A program made the translations under genes and the position numbers. A DNA stretch of 64,000 nt, from positions 140,336 through 204,335 of the forward strand of contig JACPJN010000007.1 of the NCBI GenBank assembly GCA_016187515.1. Reading direction: 5' to 3'. Shown here piece after piece: positions 25,252 to 35,989 of this stretch; position 1 is the stretch's first letter; each line of letters begins with the position of its first letter. The notes under the pieces are model-generated. The model was given only the letters and a program-made list of their open reading frames with translations. It was not told the origin of the DNA and made no database searches. The DNA comes from Candidatus Uhrbacteria bacterium. Lineage in GTDB: Bacteria; Patescibacteriota; Patescibacteriia; GWA2-47-26.

Positions 25252-25940
25252 ACCCGCATTACAACATTAAAGTTAAACGGGCTATTGCCGTAACCCTGTA
25301 TCTCCTGTCTGGATATTTCCACCTCCGCGCCATAGTGCGCTCCCAATTCTTCAAACCATTCCTTACTGTAGTATAAACGGGGCAAATCCTTGTACTTCTG
25401 ATCATACTCGTTTGGGCTAAGCTTTCCCCGCCGTACATTTTCCGCCTCCATCTCCAGCGCTTTGTTTGGCACATCCAAAACCGCTATTGATTTTTTTGCT
25501 TTTTTTATCATCCGCGCAATAACTGCTTCGGCGTAGGCAAGTGTGGAAAAATACTGAAACACGCTGTTGGAAAAGACCACGTCATACAAGGGTTCCTCTT
25601 CCAGAGCCACTGCCTCGCGACAGATAAAGTCACTTCCCATGGTCTTACACGCCTCTTCAATAAGTACAGGTGAATAATCTAATCCCCCAACCCGGTGACC
25701 TGACTGCCAAAACGGATACAAAAACGCTCCGCTCCCGCATCCTACTTCATACAACGAATCGCCTGCTTTTATGCCAAGGTTTTCGGCAATGCGTTTCGCG
25801 TACATTTCCCAATCCGCGACTTCTACCGCACCGGCTCCGGTATCAAAACCATCCAGGCGAATCAAACGCTCGAGCGTATTTATCGCCGCGGGACTGGCGG
25901 ACCGTGAGTCCCAAATTTTTTTCCACCGATTACTGTCCAT
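25248..25940 (-). CDS. class I SAM-dependent methyltransferase
   Basis: YEVGCGSGAF motif I. Confidence 0.7.
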   Translation of the reverse strand: MDSNRWKKIWDSRSASPAAINTLERLIRLDGFDTGAGAVEVADWEMYAKRIAENLGIKAGDSLYEVGCGSGAFLYPFWQSGHRVGGLDYSPVLIEEACKTMGSDFICREAVALEEEPLYDVVFSNSVFQYFSTLAYAEAVIARMIKKAKKSIAVLDVPNKALEMEAENVRRGKLSPNEYDQKYKDLPRLYYSKEWFEELGAHYGAEVEISRQEIQGYGNSPFNFNVVMRV

Positions 25941-25943
25941 AAG

Positions 25944-26690
25944 TTATTTTGTAAGACGCGGATAAATAACCTCTCGCGCGCGCTTTAAATCCTCTTCACG
26001 ATCAATCTCAATCCACGGAAAAGCTGTAGGGAGCGTATAGACCGGCAAGTCCTCGGTCGTAGCGCGCATAACACACTCTTCATAATGATAAAGGCGTTCC
26101 CCTCGCGCGTAATCGTCTTCGGCGGTTTTAAAAAGGTGTTCTAAAAAATTCGCGGAAAAACGGGAAATGCCCACCATCTCGCCGCAGGCCTGACGCTTTT
26201 GATCATCGGATAATTGCTTTCCCAGCGCGCGAAGTTGATTCCGTTTATCAGCGCACACATACACTTCATCTCCTGAACCGGAAAGCGGTGAGACCAGCAT
26301 TACATTCCGGTGCGGCGAGCGAAGCGCGATATCAATAAGCTGTTGATCATAGAGAAGATCGGATTCCAGAAGAAGCACCGCGCTATTTTTAACCGCCTCT
26401 TTTGTCTTTGAAAACGAATACATACTGCCCGTCACCGCGTATTCTGCGTTTAAAATATAGCGCAACGGCATTCCTTGAAAATTATCCCCAAAACGAGTTT
26501 GGATCATCTCATGAAGGTATCCTGCCGCGATAACAACTTCGGACATACCGGCTTGCTTGAGCGCTAGAAAAGATCGTTCGAGCAAAGTTTTACCGTCAAC
26601 TTCCAAAAGACCCTTGGGCAGTTTTTGAGTCCGCGGTCGCAAACGCAGTCCCATCCCGGCCGCGAGAATAACCGCTTTTAAATTGCTCAT
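25944..26690 (-). CDS. nucleotidyltransferase (LicC/AEP cytidylyltransferase-like)
   Basis: AVILAAGMGLRLRP (GxGxRL) sugar/phospho-headgroup nucleotidyltransferase motif. Confidence 0.65.
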   Translation of the reverse strand: MSNLKAVILAAGMGLRLRPRTQKLPKGLLEVDGKTLLERSFLALKQAGMSEVVIAAGYLHEMIQTRFGDNFQGMPLRYILNAEYAVTGSMYSFSKTKEAVKNSAVLLLESDLLYDQQLIDIALRSPHRNVMLVSPLSGSGDEVYVCADKRNQLRALGKQLSDDQKRQACGEMVGISRFSANFLEHLFKTAEDDYARGERLYHYEECVMRATTEDLPVYTLPTAFPWIEIDREEDLKRAREVIYPRLTK

Positions 26691-27769
26691 ACAACCTCTT
26701 GCATGGCTACAAACAGCCGGTCAATATCAGTTTTCTCAATCTCTCCCATATTGGCAATCCGAAACATCACTTTGCCCGCCTCTCCTTGCCCGGCATAGAT
26801 TATAAATCCGGCGGCCTTTAAATGATCATGCAAAGTTTGGTAGGACATACCGTGGGGCAGACGAAACGCAGTAAGCGTGGATGCCAGCATTCCTTCTTCC
26901 AGATACATTTTTATCCCCAGCTCCTGCGCGCGGGTTCGGATATATTGGGCGAGCTGACGGTATTTTTCATGGCGCGCCCTCCAGCCGCCTTGTTCCTGAA
27001 ATTCCCGTAACGCTTCATCCAGCGCATAGAGCACTTGAACCGTCTGAGTAAATGGCGTTCCGCCGCGTTCCTGCTCGCGATAATATCCTCGCAGATCAAG
27101 GTATACTGAACGCGGCTGAAAATCAATCTGCTCCAGTAATTCTCGCCGAACGACTACAAAAGATATTCCCGGGATGCCATGCAGACATTTATTGGCTGTC
27201 GCGCAAACCGCGCCGATATTCCATTCGTCAAAATTCAGCTCTTCTCCGCCAAAGGAGCTCACTCCGTCGATCAATAACACTTTCCCATAAGTCCGCGCAA
27301 GCTCGGAGATCATGCCAAGATCATTTAGCCGTCCGGTGGTGGTTTCATGATGGATAGCCGCAATATGGCTAATTGCCGGATCGCTTTTTAAGGCCTCCTC
27401 AATTCTATACCGATCCAGCTCTTGTCCCCACTCATGCTCAACCATCGTAAAAGCAATTCCATGGGCCTTGGCTATTGCCGCGATACGCTCACCATAGACC
27501 CCATTTTTAAGCATCAGCAGTTTTCCGTTTGGCGGAACAATACTTGTCACCATCGCCTCCACCGCGGCAGTGCCCGATCCGGTTAAAATAACGCTCGTGT
27601 AACGCGCTTTGGGTAATCCATACACCGCAAGCAGGCCTTGTCGCACCGCTTCTTGCAAAACCGAAAATTCATTCTCGCGATGGCACATATCGGACTGCAT
27701 AAGCGCGCGGCGCACACGCTCGCTAACATTGACCGGCCCGGGATTAAGCAGAATCATTTTTTTGTCCAT
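26687..27769 (-). CDS. 2-aminoethylphosphonate:pyruvate aminotransferase (class V aminotransferase, PhnW/AepZ-like)
   Basis: LLNPGPVNVSERV N-terminus typical of class V/PhnW. Operon context with pepM and ppd. Confidence 0.7.
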   Translation of the reverse strand: MDKKMILLNPGPVNVSERVRRALMQSDMCHRENEFSVLQEAVRQGLLAVYGLPKARYTSVILTGSGTAAVEAMVTSIVPPNGKLLMLKNGVYGERIAAIAKAHGIAFTMVEHEWGQELDRYRIEEALKSDPAISHIAAIHHETTTGRLNDLGMISELARTYGKVLLIDGVSSFGGEELNFDEWNIGAVCATANKCLHGIPGISFVVVRRELLEQIDFQPRSVYLDLRGYYREQERGGTPFTQTVQVLYALDEALREFQEQGGWRARHEKYRQLAQYIRTRAQELGIKMYLEEGMLASTLTAFRLPHGMSYQTLHDHLKAAGFIIYAGQGEAGKVMFRIANMGEIEKTDIDRLFVAMQEVV

Positions 27770-27770
27770 A

Positions 27771-28901
27771 TCACTTACCGTTTAAAAATTGCATAAAGGC
27801 CGCTTTATTTTGCTGCGGCGTAGTGGTTGGTCGCCCGAGATTTGCGCGCGCGCCCTTGCGTACGCGCACCTCTAAAAGACATGGCCCTTTTTGCAAACGT
27901 AATTCGTTAAGTGCGCCGACCAGTTGCGCGGCGGTCTCTACACACCAAGCTTTTTTATAAGCGCACGCCAAGGCAACTTTGGCTATATCAACTTTAAAAC
28001 CCGCGGTGGGCTGACCCCCTACTGAATCGTGGGCGCCGTTGTTAATCACAATGTGCTTCAAATTCTCCCGCGCTTGCGCGCCAATTACTGCCAGCGCCCC
28101 CATATGCATAATCAACGCTCCATCACCGTCAACACAATATACCTGGCGATCCGGTTTAGCAAGCGCGATCGCAAGCGCGATCGAGGAAGAATGGCCCATC
28201 GATCCAACCGTTAAAAAATCGCGATGATGACCTTGTCCTTTGGCTTCTCGATATTCGTAAAGCTCACGGGACGCCATTCCGGTGGTTGAGACTATTACAT
28301 CGTTTTCTCCCAAGGAATCTACAATGCGCTTAAGCGCATCTTCGCGAGTCATCTCCAAATGAGTTTCAACCGGCGCGCCTATCGGATACGCTTCAAAAAC
28401 GCCTTTTCGTACGATAAGCGCGTATGGCTGACTCTCGGATTGCATTATTTTAAAAGCACGCGCCAGCGCGGCATTGGCACCCTCCGGATCCGATGGAAGA
28501 ATCTCAAATGGAATACCAAGCGTTTCAAAAAGTGTAGTGGTAACCTCCCCTTGCTTAAGATGCTGGGGCTCATCATGGACGCCCGGCTCACCGCGCCAAC
28601 CAATCAAAAGTAGCATGGGGATCCCGTATACTTTTGGATCGGTAAGCGAAGTTAAGGGGTTCACAATATTGCCTTGACCGGCATTTTGGAGATAAACCAG
28701 GGCCGGATTGCCGGTTGCCAAATAATGCCCGGCGGCAAGCCCAACGGCGTTACCCTCATTGGCCGCGATAATATGGTTCTCTTGCGAAACCTCCGCGCTC
28801 ACGCACGCGCAGAACTCTTTCAGCAGGGAATCCGGCACGCCGGTAAAAAAATTTATACCCTGCGCCCGTAACCTGACGACAAAATCTTTCGGGGATATCA
28901 T
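27771..28901 (-). CDS. ppd: phosphonopyruvate decarboxylase (ThDP-dependent)
   Basis: Ppd-like N-terminus with [10 protein letters not shown], plus the ThDP-binding motif [14 protein letters not shown]. Confidence 0.78.
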   Translation of the reverse strand: MISPKDFVVRLRAQGINFFTGVPDSLLKEFCACVSAEVSQENHIIAANEGNAVGLAAGHYLATGNPALVYLQNAGQGNIVNPLTSLTDPKVYGIPMLLLIGWRGEPGVHDEPQHLKQGEVTTTLFETLGIPFEILPSDPEGANAALARAFKIMQSESQPYALIVRKGVFEAYPIGAPVETHLEMTREDALKRIVDSLGENDVIVSTTGMASRELYEYREAKGQGHHRDFLTVGSMGHSSSIALAIALAKPDRQVYCVDGDGALIMHMGALAVIGAQARENLKHIVINNGAHDSVGGQPTAGFKVDIAKVALACAYKKAWCVETAAQLVGALNELRLQKGPCLLEVRVRKGARANLGRPTTTPQQNKAAFMQFLNGK

Positions 28902-30550
28902 AATTGCCTTTGATAAGTAAGCCCTTGGGTAAAAGTCGAAGCGCGTTCAACATCCGGTAAATTATTTACGTCCAGCCAGTCACCGCTTATATACATCACT
29001 CGCGGCGGATGTTCGAAAGTCACAAGATCATCTAAAAGATCCGTCACGCTAAAATTCGGAAAATCTGAACGACTTTGCAGGCGCGTCAGGGACTCTTTTA
29101 GCAAGCCCAGCCCTGGTCCGCGCACCAGCAGGGCGCCGATCCATTGTCCATGGGCCTGCCGGAAGGACTCGCCCGCCGCGCTGTTCAGGCATTTCACAAG
29201 GCGCGCGTCTGGACTAAACACGCTGCGCTCGTCCGGAACATTGCAGACCACATAATCACCTTTGACCTTGTCCGTAATCTTCTGACGCACATTCGAATCT
29301 ACCACAATCGTTATTGGAGCATCCGATTCAATAAGATCGCGTACAATATACCGCCGTAACAGTAAATCTCCATACAAAATCAGCGTATTGTCTTTAACTT
29401 TGGGAAGCGCGCAAGCCAAGGTAGCCAGATCTTTGGAATGCTCAAAATCAGGATTATGCAGGAGTGTGATTCCGTCAATGGTAATTGTTTCTGGTTTGTA
29501 TCCGGCCACAACCGCGATATCACGGATACCGTGGCTTCGCAAATCTTCCACCAACCGCGCCAGTATTGGTTTACCGCCAATCGGCAACATGGCCTTGGGG
29601 CGCGCTTGGGTAAGTTCCCCTAATTCACTGCCCCGCGAGGCCGCTAAAATGACAGCGTTGGGCTGCTTTGTAAAAGAGGGTTGGAGATATTTTTCTTCCG
29701 CTGCTATAAGTTCTTCGGACTTTTGTAAACGAAATATCTCTTTGACTGGAACAATGTGATCTTCTACATTCGTGAGTGACTCTTCTTTGTAAACCTTAGC
29801 CGCGGTTTGCTGCATCGCGGAGATTGCGGCGCGCAACAAATGATTGGCCCAAATGACCACGCTAATTTTATGGGCGCGAAACTGCTGGGTCGGCGTGCTA
29901 TAATACATGGTTGGCACAATTATGAGCGGCGCGCGGCCGTCCCAGGTGCGGGCAAATTCAAAAATTTCTCCAGCGTCTTTTTTCTTACTATGCATCAAAA
30001 TGGCATCCGCCCCGGCGGCGCGATAGGCCTCTGCCCGTCGCATCGCCTCCGCCAGCCCCCAGCCTGCAATCAGCGCCTCGACCCGCGCGACTAAACAGAA
30101 ATTCGGATCTTGCTGGGTATCTTTGGCCGCTTTAATTTTCCCGCAAAATTCGGCAATCTCTGCCAGCGGTTGGGCTTCCCCGTTAATAAAGCTGTTGGTC
30201 TTTGGAAATAATTTATCCTCAATGCACAACCCCGCAACTCCGCGCTGTTCCAACTTTTTTACCAGACGGCGCACACTATTAAAATCACCGTAACCAGTAT
30301 CCCCGTCAACCAGGATGGGAATACTGGTCGCGTCGCTCATGAATTCCAGCGTCTCAAGAACCTGCGTCCAAGACGCCTCATTATTGTCGCGCACTCCAAG
30401 AGCCGCCGACATCGTCAGCCCGCTGGCCCAGATTCCTGGAAATCCGGCTTCCTCCACAATCTTGGCGGACAAACCATTATGCGCTTCCATTAGAAAATTA
30501 AGACCATTGCCGGTCAAGAGATCTCGCAGTTGTGCCGCCCTGCTTTTCAT
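28898..30550 (-). CDS. pepM: phosphoenolpyruvate phosphomutase fused to a C-terminal nucleotidyltransferase domain
   Basis: ICL/PEPM-family motifs ([20 protein letters not shown]). C-terminal [34 protein letters not shown]-transferase domain. Confidence 0.8.
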   Translation of the reverse strand: MKSRAAQLRDLLTGNGLNFLMEAHNGLSAKIVEEAGFPGIWASGLTMSAALGVRDNNEASWTQVLETLEFMSDATSIPILVDGDTGYGDFNSVRRLVKKLEQRGVAGLCIEDKLFPKTNSFINGEAQPLAEIAEFCGKIKAAKDTQQDPNFCLVARVEALIAGWGLAEAMRRAEAYRAAGADAILMHSKKKDAGEIFEFARTWDGRAPLIIVPTMYYSTPTQQFRAHKISVVIWANHLLRAAISAMQQTAAKVYKEESLTNVEDHIVPVKEIFRLQKSEELIAAEEKYLQPSFTKQPNAVILAASRGSELGELTQARPKAMLPIGGKPILARLVEDLRSHGIRDIAVVAGYKPETITIDGITLLHNPDFEHSKDLATLACALPKVKDNTLILYGDLLLRRYIVRDLIESDAPITIVVDSNVRQKITDKVKGDYVVCNVPDERSVFSPDARLVKCLNSAAGESFRQAHGQWIGALLVRGPGLGLLKESLTRLQSRSDFPNFSVTDLLDDLVTFEHPPRVMYISGDWLDVNNLPDVERASTFTQGLTYQRQL

Positions 30551-30558
30551 AAAAAATT

Positions 30559-31743
30559 CTACAAGCCATCTTCCCGATACGATCGTTCAATCCAAAGATG
30601 GTGGTCCTCCGGCTTATGCATGCGGAAGGCGTCATTGTCCAGCCGCCAAAGCAGATCGTCAGCAATGCGCTTGGACGCCAGCCCATCACCTAAGCCATGG
30701 TTCCACTTTTTTCCGTACAGTCCTTCAAATTTTTGAAACACTGTCTCGGCCGGATATTTTCCCGGCTCCGCCGGGTCAAACTTAACTGATGATCCAACAT
30801 CATATACCTGCGGTCGTTCAGTGGACTTGCGCATCTGAAGCGATGGTACTTGCAAGACGCAGGTTTCTTCAACAATCGTACCTGAATCGGTAATTACTCC
30901 GCGACTGTTTACCATCAATGCCACAATTTCCATATAGCCAATCGGATCTACCATAATCACATTGCGAGGAAGCGCCAGTCCATACTCTTTAAGCACTTTT
31001 TGCGTGCGATAGCTCAAGGGCAGATAAATCTTGCGCTTGGTACTGCCAATCAACTTCAAAATTGCCTCAAACGAGGAGCGGATATGCACATTTTCACGGC
31101 GATGCCAAGTCATTAAATAATATTCGCCTTTTTCCAAACCGCGCGATTGGAAAAATTCCGGCGTGGCCAGCGCGTCAAACTTGGCTTTTTGCTTGAAATA
31201 ATAAGTATCCAGAATCTCCACAATCGGATTACCGTAGGTAATCACAATATTTTTTGGATTGAGCCCGGCAAGCATGCCTTGATATTTGTATTCCGGAAAA
31301 TAGGTGTAAATCACATCCGAAAGCTGATCAATAAGATTGCGGTACTTCGTTTCCGGCATGCGCCAGTCGTACGCGCTCCAACATCCTTCAAAATGCACAA
31401 TCGGGATATTTAACTGCGCCGCGGCAATCGACCCTACTACGGTATTGGTATCGCCTAAAAACATTACGGCCTCGGGCTGCAATTTTTCAAGCACCGGATA
31501 GAGTTTTCTTAACACATCCGAAGCGACCTCGGCATCATTGTCGCCGGTTGCTCCCAGTTCAATGGAGGGGCGCGGTACGTCCAATTCTTGAAAAAAAACT
31601 TCCTTCAGATTATCCGAGTAATGCTGGCCAGACCAAATAAAAACAATCTCATGCTTGTCCTGCGCAAACAGTTGTTTTAGTACGAGAGAAGCCCGGATAA
31701 TATCCGGACGAATACCGAGAATGATGGCGAGTTTCTTCTTCAT
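30559..31743 (-). CDS. wecB: UDP-N-acetylglucosamine 2-epimerase (non-hydrolysing)
   Basis: N-terminus [15 protein letters not shown] and overall Epimerase_2 pattern. Confidence 0.78.
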   Translation of the reverse strand: MKKKLAIILGIRPDIIRASLVLKQLFAQDKHEIVFIWSGQHYSDNLKEVFFQELDVPRPSIELGATGDNDAEVASDVLRKLYPVLEKLQPEAVMFLGDTNTVVGSIAAAQLNIPIVHFEGCWSAYDWRMPETKYRNLIDQLSDVIYTYFPEYKYQGMLAGLNPKNIVITYGNPIVEILDTYYFKQKAKFDALATPEFFQSRGLEKGEYYLMTWHRRENVHIRSSFEAILKLIGSTKRKIYLPLSYRTQKVLKEYGLALPRNVIMVDPIGYMEIVALMVNSRGVITDSGTIVEETCVLQVPSLQMRKSTERPQVYDVGSSVKFDPAEPGKYPAETVFQKFEGLYGKKWNHGLGDGLASKRIADDLLWRLDNDAFRMHKPEDHHLWIERSYREDGL

Positions 31744-31750
31744 ATTTGTG

Positions 31751-31784
31751 TACGAATTACGAATCTTGTACGAATACTACGAAT
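31751..31784. promoter_or_regulatory. four TACGAAT direct repeats (spacing 7, 11, 9) immediately upstream of wecB
   Basis: gTACGAATTACGAATCttgTACGAATacTACGAATcc. Shares the 14-mer RCGAATTRCGAATC with 4923-4936. Confidence 0.4.
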
Positions 31785-31789
31785 CCGCA

Positions 31790-31868
31790 CCCCCTCTAAC
31801 TCCCCCTCCGGGAGGGGGAGAAATCGATTTTCCTCCCCTGCCCGAGGGGAGGTTAGGAGGGGTGGGAG
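31790..31868. repeat. composite CTCCCC-GGGGAG palindromic element copy e (nested perfect palindromes), overlapping the last codons and stop of the RmlD-like gene
   Basis: CTCCCCCT CCGG AGGGGGAG at 31801-31820 and CCTCCCCT GCCCG AGGGGAGG at 31832-31852, with outer CCCTCTAAC / GTTAGGAGGG arms. Confidence 0.65.
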
Positions 31869-32665
31869 AACTTTTTTAATTCCTCCACCGCTTCCTCCAT
31901 CGTCCTTCCATACGGAAACAACTTCTTCAACCCTTCATACTTCGTCGTAAGCACTCTCTCTACCGAACCACGATGATCTTCCATCCGTTCCACATTTACA
32001 TTTTTTTCAAACACCTTTTTAAACAGGCACAGTAAATCATATTTCGTAATCGGTTCATTAGGCGTGAAATGAAAAACTGACGCCTCAGCGCGCAAGTCCT
32101 CAAACCGGTCTTCGCGGATTATCTTCTCACAAAGCTGGGCAAATTGCAAGGTGGTTACGCCATTCCAGATATGGTTGGTAAAACCCTGCACAGTGGCACC
32201 CTCCGGCTGGGACAAAAACCACTCCAGAAGCCCTTTTTTCTTATTTGGACTGGGGCCAATGATGGAGGTGCGAATATTGATTACATTGGGCGCTTCAACC
32301 TCTCCCTTAATCTTACTTTTTCCGTACGCATCTTCAGCATCACACGGCGAATCTTCATCATATGGACCACTCTTGCCGGAAAACACTCCGTCGGTAGACA
32401 TGTGAATGATCCTTGCGCTAGTTGCCTTTGCTAGCCAATGTGGAAACTCTGCGTTCACTTTTTTCATCTTTTCTTCTTCACCGCCAGCCAATACGCCAAT
32501 GCAGTTGATCACATAATCGTAGTCATGCGTATCCGGGACATCATTTGCGGCATCAAAATCACTCGCATTCATTCCCTTCACCTTCCATGCTTTTTCCTGC
32601 GCCAACACCTTAAGCACCATGTGCCCGAGCATTCCGGTACTGCCGAGGACAAGAATTTTTTTCAT
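31853..32665 (-). CDS. NAD(P)-dependent sugar-nucleotide reductase (RmlD-like, dTDP-4-dehydrorhamnose reductase family)
   Basis: ILVLGSTGMLG N-terminus and RmlD-like fold pattern. Start trimmed to MKKILV. Confidence 0.55.
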   Translation of the reverse strand: MKKILVLGSTGMLGHMVLKVLAQEKAWKVKGMNASDFDAANDVPDTHDYDYVINCIGVLAGGEEEKMKKVNAEFPHWLAKATSARIIHMSTDGVFSGKSGPYDEDSPCDAEDAYGKSKIKGEVEAPNVINIRTSIIGPSPNKKKGLLEWFLSQPEGATVQGFTNHIWNGVTTLQFAQLCEKIIREDRFEDLRAEASVFHFTPNEPITKYDLLCLFKKVFEKNVNVERMEDHRGSVERVLTTKYEGLKKLFPYGRTMEEAVEELKKFSHPS

Positions 32666-32667
32666 AA

Positions 32668-32697
32668 CTCCCCTAACCCCTCTTATCTTAAGAGGGG
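32668..32697. repeat. CTCCCC-GGGGAG palindromic element copy f (CCCCTCTTA TCT TAAGAGGGG), intergenic
   Basis: Perfect 10-bp arms. Confidence 0.6.
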
Positions 32698-32702
32698 AAA
32701 AA

Positions 32703-33968
32703 TTATTCAGGTACAATTTTTACGTTCGGCAGCGGCACAATAAACTTTCCCCCGCGCGCCACATAATCCTGCCGCTTGTTTAATACCTCTTTCATAAAAC
32801 TCCACGCAAAAAGCAAGGCGTAGTCCGGAAATTTTCCCTGCTCGACATGCTCCCATGGAAAAATTTGAACATGGGTCCCTGGGGTATAAAATCCATGCTT
32901 AGCCGGCGCGTCGTCAACGACATAATCCAAATGCCGTCCATCAATCCCGCAATAATTCATCACCATGGTTCCACGGCCGGAAGCGCCATAGCCGATAATC
33001 ATTTTCCCCTCCGCTTTCAGCTTCTCGAGAAGATCCATCAGCGCGACCTTCGTGCTCTCAATCTTTTTTCCATACGCCATAAATGTTTCGGCCCGGTCGT
33101 AACCCTTCGCCAGCTCATCCCGTTCCATCGTCCGAACCGCTTCGGTTATCGCGCGACCGCCGCCTTTTTTTTGTCCGTAAAATCTTACCGCTCCGGAACG
33201 CACGCCCGGGGTGAATTTAATGTCAAAAATTTCCATCCCATGCCGGCCAAGAAAATTTTGCAACGACTTCAGCGAATAATAGTTACAGTGTTCATGGTAA
33301 ATCATGTCATATTGCATCTCCTCCATCAGCGTACCCAGATAATATACCTCAATCATCGCGACCCCATCATCTTTGAGAAGCTCGGCCACGCCCCTACCTA
33401 CGCTAACCATGTCATCAATATGCGCGAACGAAAAACTGGTGGTAATGGCATCGAATTGTCCGTACTGCGCGCGGATCCGCTTCGCCACTTCTTCATTAAA
33501 AAAATCATTGATAATCGTAAATCCTTCCTGCTTGACGGAGTTGACTACATTGGTGGCCGGATCAACTCCGACGGCTTTGACGCCCAGCGCCGCAAACGGT
33601 TTAAGCATTACGCCGTCATTGCAGCCGATTTCAAACACCGAGGGATTGGGGCGATTTTTTAGAAATCGCTCATGCGCTTCGCTCGCCCACTGCGCGCAAT
33701 GATCAACCAGGGTCTTGATTGCCGAGGAAAAATAAAAATAATCTTTAAACAGCGTTTCCGGGGGAATGGCTTGCGGAACCTGTACTAAGGTGCAGTCGCG
33801 GCAGAAAGACACATGCAACGGATAAAGTTTTTCATCCGCAAACTGATCTGGCTTCAAAAATCCGCCCGCCAGCGGCATATTCCCAAAATCAATAACTTTT
33901 ACCAAATTTGACCCTTTGCAACAGCGACAGGTAGTGTGATCAGTATAAGCTCCGATTTGTGGATTCAT
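32703..33968 (-). CDS. NDP-hexose C-methyltransferase (TylC3-like: Zn-ribbon + class I MT + C-methyltransferase C-domain)
   Basis: N-terminal CRCC...CRDC zinc ribbon, SAM-MT core (FEIGCNDG) and C-terminal C-MT domain. Confidence 0.65.
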   Translation of the reverse strand: MNPQIGAYTDHTTCRCCKGSNLVKVIDFGNMPLAGGFLKPDQFADEKLYPLHVSFCRDCTLVQVPQAIPPETLFKDYFYFSSAIKTLVDHCAQWASEAHERFLKNRPNPSVFEIGCNDGVMLKPFAALGVKAVGVDPATNVVNSVKQEGFTIINDFFNEEVAKRIRAQYGQFDAITTSFSFAHIDDMVSVGRGVAELLKDDGVAMIEVYYLGTLMEEMQYDMIYHEHCNYYSLKSLQNFLGRHGMEIFDIKFTPGVRSGAVRFYGQKKGGGRAITEAVRTMERDELAKGYDRAETFMAYGKKIESTKVALMDLLEKLKAEGKMIIGYGASGRGTMVMNYCGIDGRHLDYVVDDAPAKHGFYTPGTHVQIFPWEHVEQGKFPDYALLFAWSFMKEVLNKRQDYVARGGKFIVPLPNVKIVPE

Positions 33969-33995
33969 AAAAAATTCTATAACAATTAACGGGGT

Positions 33996-34754
33996 TTATT
34001 TAAAGAAATTTATAAATTTTACAATTACCCATACCACCGGACGCGGAATAAATTTTATAACAATATTGTACATTCGCGCCCGGGGAAGATACTGTTTGGG
34101 ATGCACTAGGGATAGCACCGCTGACTCGGCTTGTTCAAATTCTTTTTTTAGCTTGTCATTTGTTTTTAGATAATCTTTTTTAGCAAACAGCAAGATATTT
34201 TGGGCATACCAAAAACTTACCTCCTCATTATTCCAAATTTTTTTTCTAATACAATCAATGGGGGCATAATCTTTTTGGGCAAAAAGTTTAGCCCAGTATT
34301 CCGGCCATTGCTCATTGATATGATGAATTCCTCCTTGAAATGGAATTGCCGCGGAGAACACAACGATTGGGGAAAGATCCGTAAGGGTTTGTACAAATGT
34401 TGACGCGGAGTCCTGAGACAAGTGCTCCGCAACCTCCAAAGCAATTGCCAGATCAAATTTTTTATCAATGCTAACCGGTTTTTCCAAATCGGCATGCTGG
34501 AAAAATTCTTTTGGAATACGCAGTTTGTCTTTATCTATCCATGGGCCATCTATGCCGAAAATGTTTTTTATGCCTTGCTCTTGAAAAACAGATAAAAACT
34601 CTCCGGTTCCGCATCCAACATCAACTACGCTCTGGGGCTGAATCAAATCTACTATAATTGGCACAATTACCTTTGCCGATTTCAGCGAATCTAATCTCTC
34701 GCCAAAGGAATTTCTATGATATTTTTTGTTCATACTAAAATAGGGTTGATCCAA
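33996..34754 (-). CDS. class I SAM-dependent methyltransferase
   Basis: VVDVGCGTGEF motif I. Confidence 0.65.
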   Translation of the reverse strand: MDQPYFSMNKKYHRNSFGERLDSLKSAKVIVPIIVDLIQPQSVVDVGCGTGEFLSVFQEQGIKNIFGIDGPWIDKDKLRIPKEFFQHADLEKPVSIDKKFDLAIALEVAEHLSQDSASTFVQTLTDLSPIVVFSAAIPFQGGIHHINEQWPEYWAKLFAQKDYAPIDCIRKKIWNNEEVSFWYAQNILLFAKKDYLKTNDKLKKEFEQAESAVLSLVHPKQYLPRARMYNIVIKFIPRPVVWVIVKFINFFK

Positions 34755-34756
34755 GA

Positions 34757-35989
34757 TTAACTATTATACACATCTGTAAATAATTGTACAAGGGTAACGG
34801 CGGTGTCCTCCAGCTTATACTTTTTTACCTGTTCTTTACCGCGGACAATCAATTGCGCGCGCGCTGGAGCATCCGCAAGGACACGCGCAATGCATGTTGC
34901 CATATCCTCCGGATCAAACGGATTAAAGTATACTGCGGCATCGCCGCAAATTTCCCGAAAAGGATTAAAACACTTTCCGCGATACGCGGGATCAAGATCG
35001 CAATCAGCGGCGGCAATAGACACACCGGCCGCCATTGCCTCCAGAAGCGGTATGCCAAAGGTTTCCTCCAGTGAGGGGAAGACAAATGCATCAGCGTGGT
35101 TGAAATAGGTACCGACATCGCGATGCGGCACCTCATCCTTGAATACCACTTTTGAACCGAGTCCAAGCTCGTGAACAAGCGCATCAAGCGCTCCCCGCCA
35201 TGTGTGAGATCCTGTGTTGCCCACCACCATCAAATCGCCGCCATACCCATATCGCGTTACGAGGATGGAAAACGCCTTGAGCAATCGTACAGTATTACGA
35301 TGCGGGCCATTGGCGCCGATCGTGAGGATGTAGGGATTCCCCCTCCTGCCCGAGAATTTCCCCCCCTGCCCGAGGGGGGGCTCGGGGGGGTGGGAGGGGG
35401 TGATGGAAACCATTCCCACAAGACCCCTCCTAACCTCCCCTTCAAAAGGGGAGGAAATATTCGCAACCCCGTGCGGAATCACCTCGCACTTTTTAGAATC
35501 CACTCCGAGTCGCGGCACAATCAAATCGCGAGAATTTCGAGACACAAATCGAATTTTTGTTGCTCGCCGCGCCGACAACCATCCTAAAGACCGCAACAGC
35601 CCTAACCGCACTTGTTCCTTGCGCGACCACGGAAGTTTAAGCCGCGAATATGGATTGGCGTTCTCCATTAAAAGCGCGACTTTACACGGGGCCAAGATGC
35701 AAGTAGTGTTTCCAACTGAATAAAGCACATCTACTTTATGCCACGCTAAATAAACAGGAAATATCAATTGCTCCCACAACACACGCGCAAACGGATTGCG
35801 CGGAACATACGCAATTTCCACTTTTTCAAACTGTCCCGGAATCACGAGAGCAAACGCGCGCTGGCGCGCGGAATAAAAGACGATATATGAATTTTTCTGA
35901 TCCGTCCGGGCAAGTTCCGGTAAAAGTTTTTGCATCTGGCTTATACCGGCGCCGGTTTGCGCGCTCAAGGCATTGATGCCAATTTTCAT
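34757..35989 (-). CDS. GT4 family glycosyltransferase
   Basis: GT-B, Glycos_transf_1-like C-terminus. In-frame palindromic insert (HPPEPPLGQGGKFSGRRGNP). Confidence 0.72.
   Translation of the reverse strand: MKIGINALSAQTGAGISQMQKLLPELARTDQKNSYIVFYSARQRAFALVIPGQFEKVEIAYVPRNPFARVLWEQLIFPVYLAWHKVDVLYSVGNTTCILAPCKVALLMENANPYSRLKLPWSRKEQVRLGLLRSLGWLSARRATKIRFVSRNSRDLIVPRLGVDSKKCEVIPHGVANISSPFEGEVRRGLVGMVSITPSHPPEPPLGQGGKFSGRRGNPYILTIGANGPHRNTVRLLKAFSILVTRYGYGGDLMVVGNTGSHTWRGALDALVHELGLGSKVVFKDEVPHRDVGTYFNHADAFVFPSLEETFGIPLLEAMAAGVSIAAADCDLDPAYRGKCFNPFREICGDAAVYFNPFDPEDMATCIARVLADAPARAQLIVRGKEQVKKYKLEDTAVTLVQLFTDVYNS
35338..35456. repeat. composite CTCCCC-GGGGAG palindromic element copy g (three sub-palindromes), in-frame inside the GT4 CDS
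   Basis: CCCCCCCTGCCCGAGGGGGGG CTCGGGGGGG at 35361-35390 and CCTCCCCTT CAAA AGGGGAGG at 35435-35455. Confidence 0.6.
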
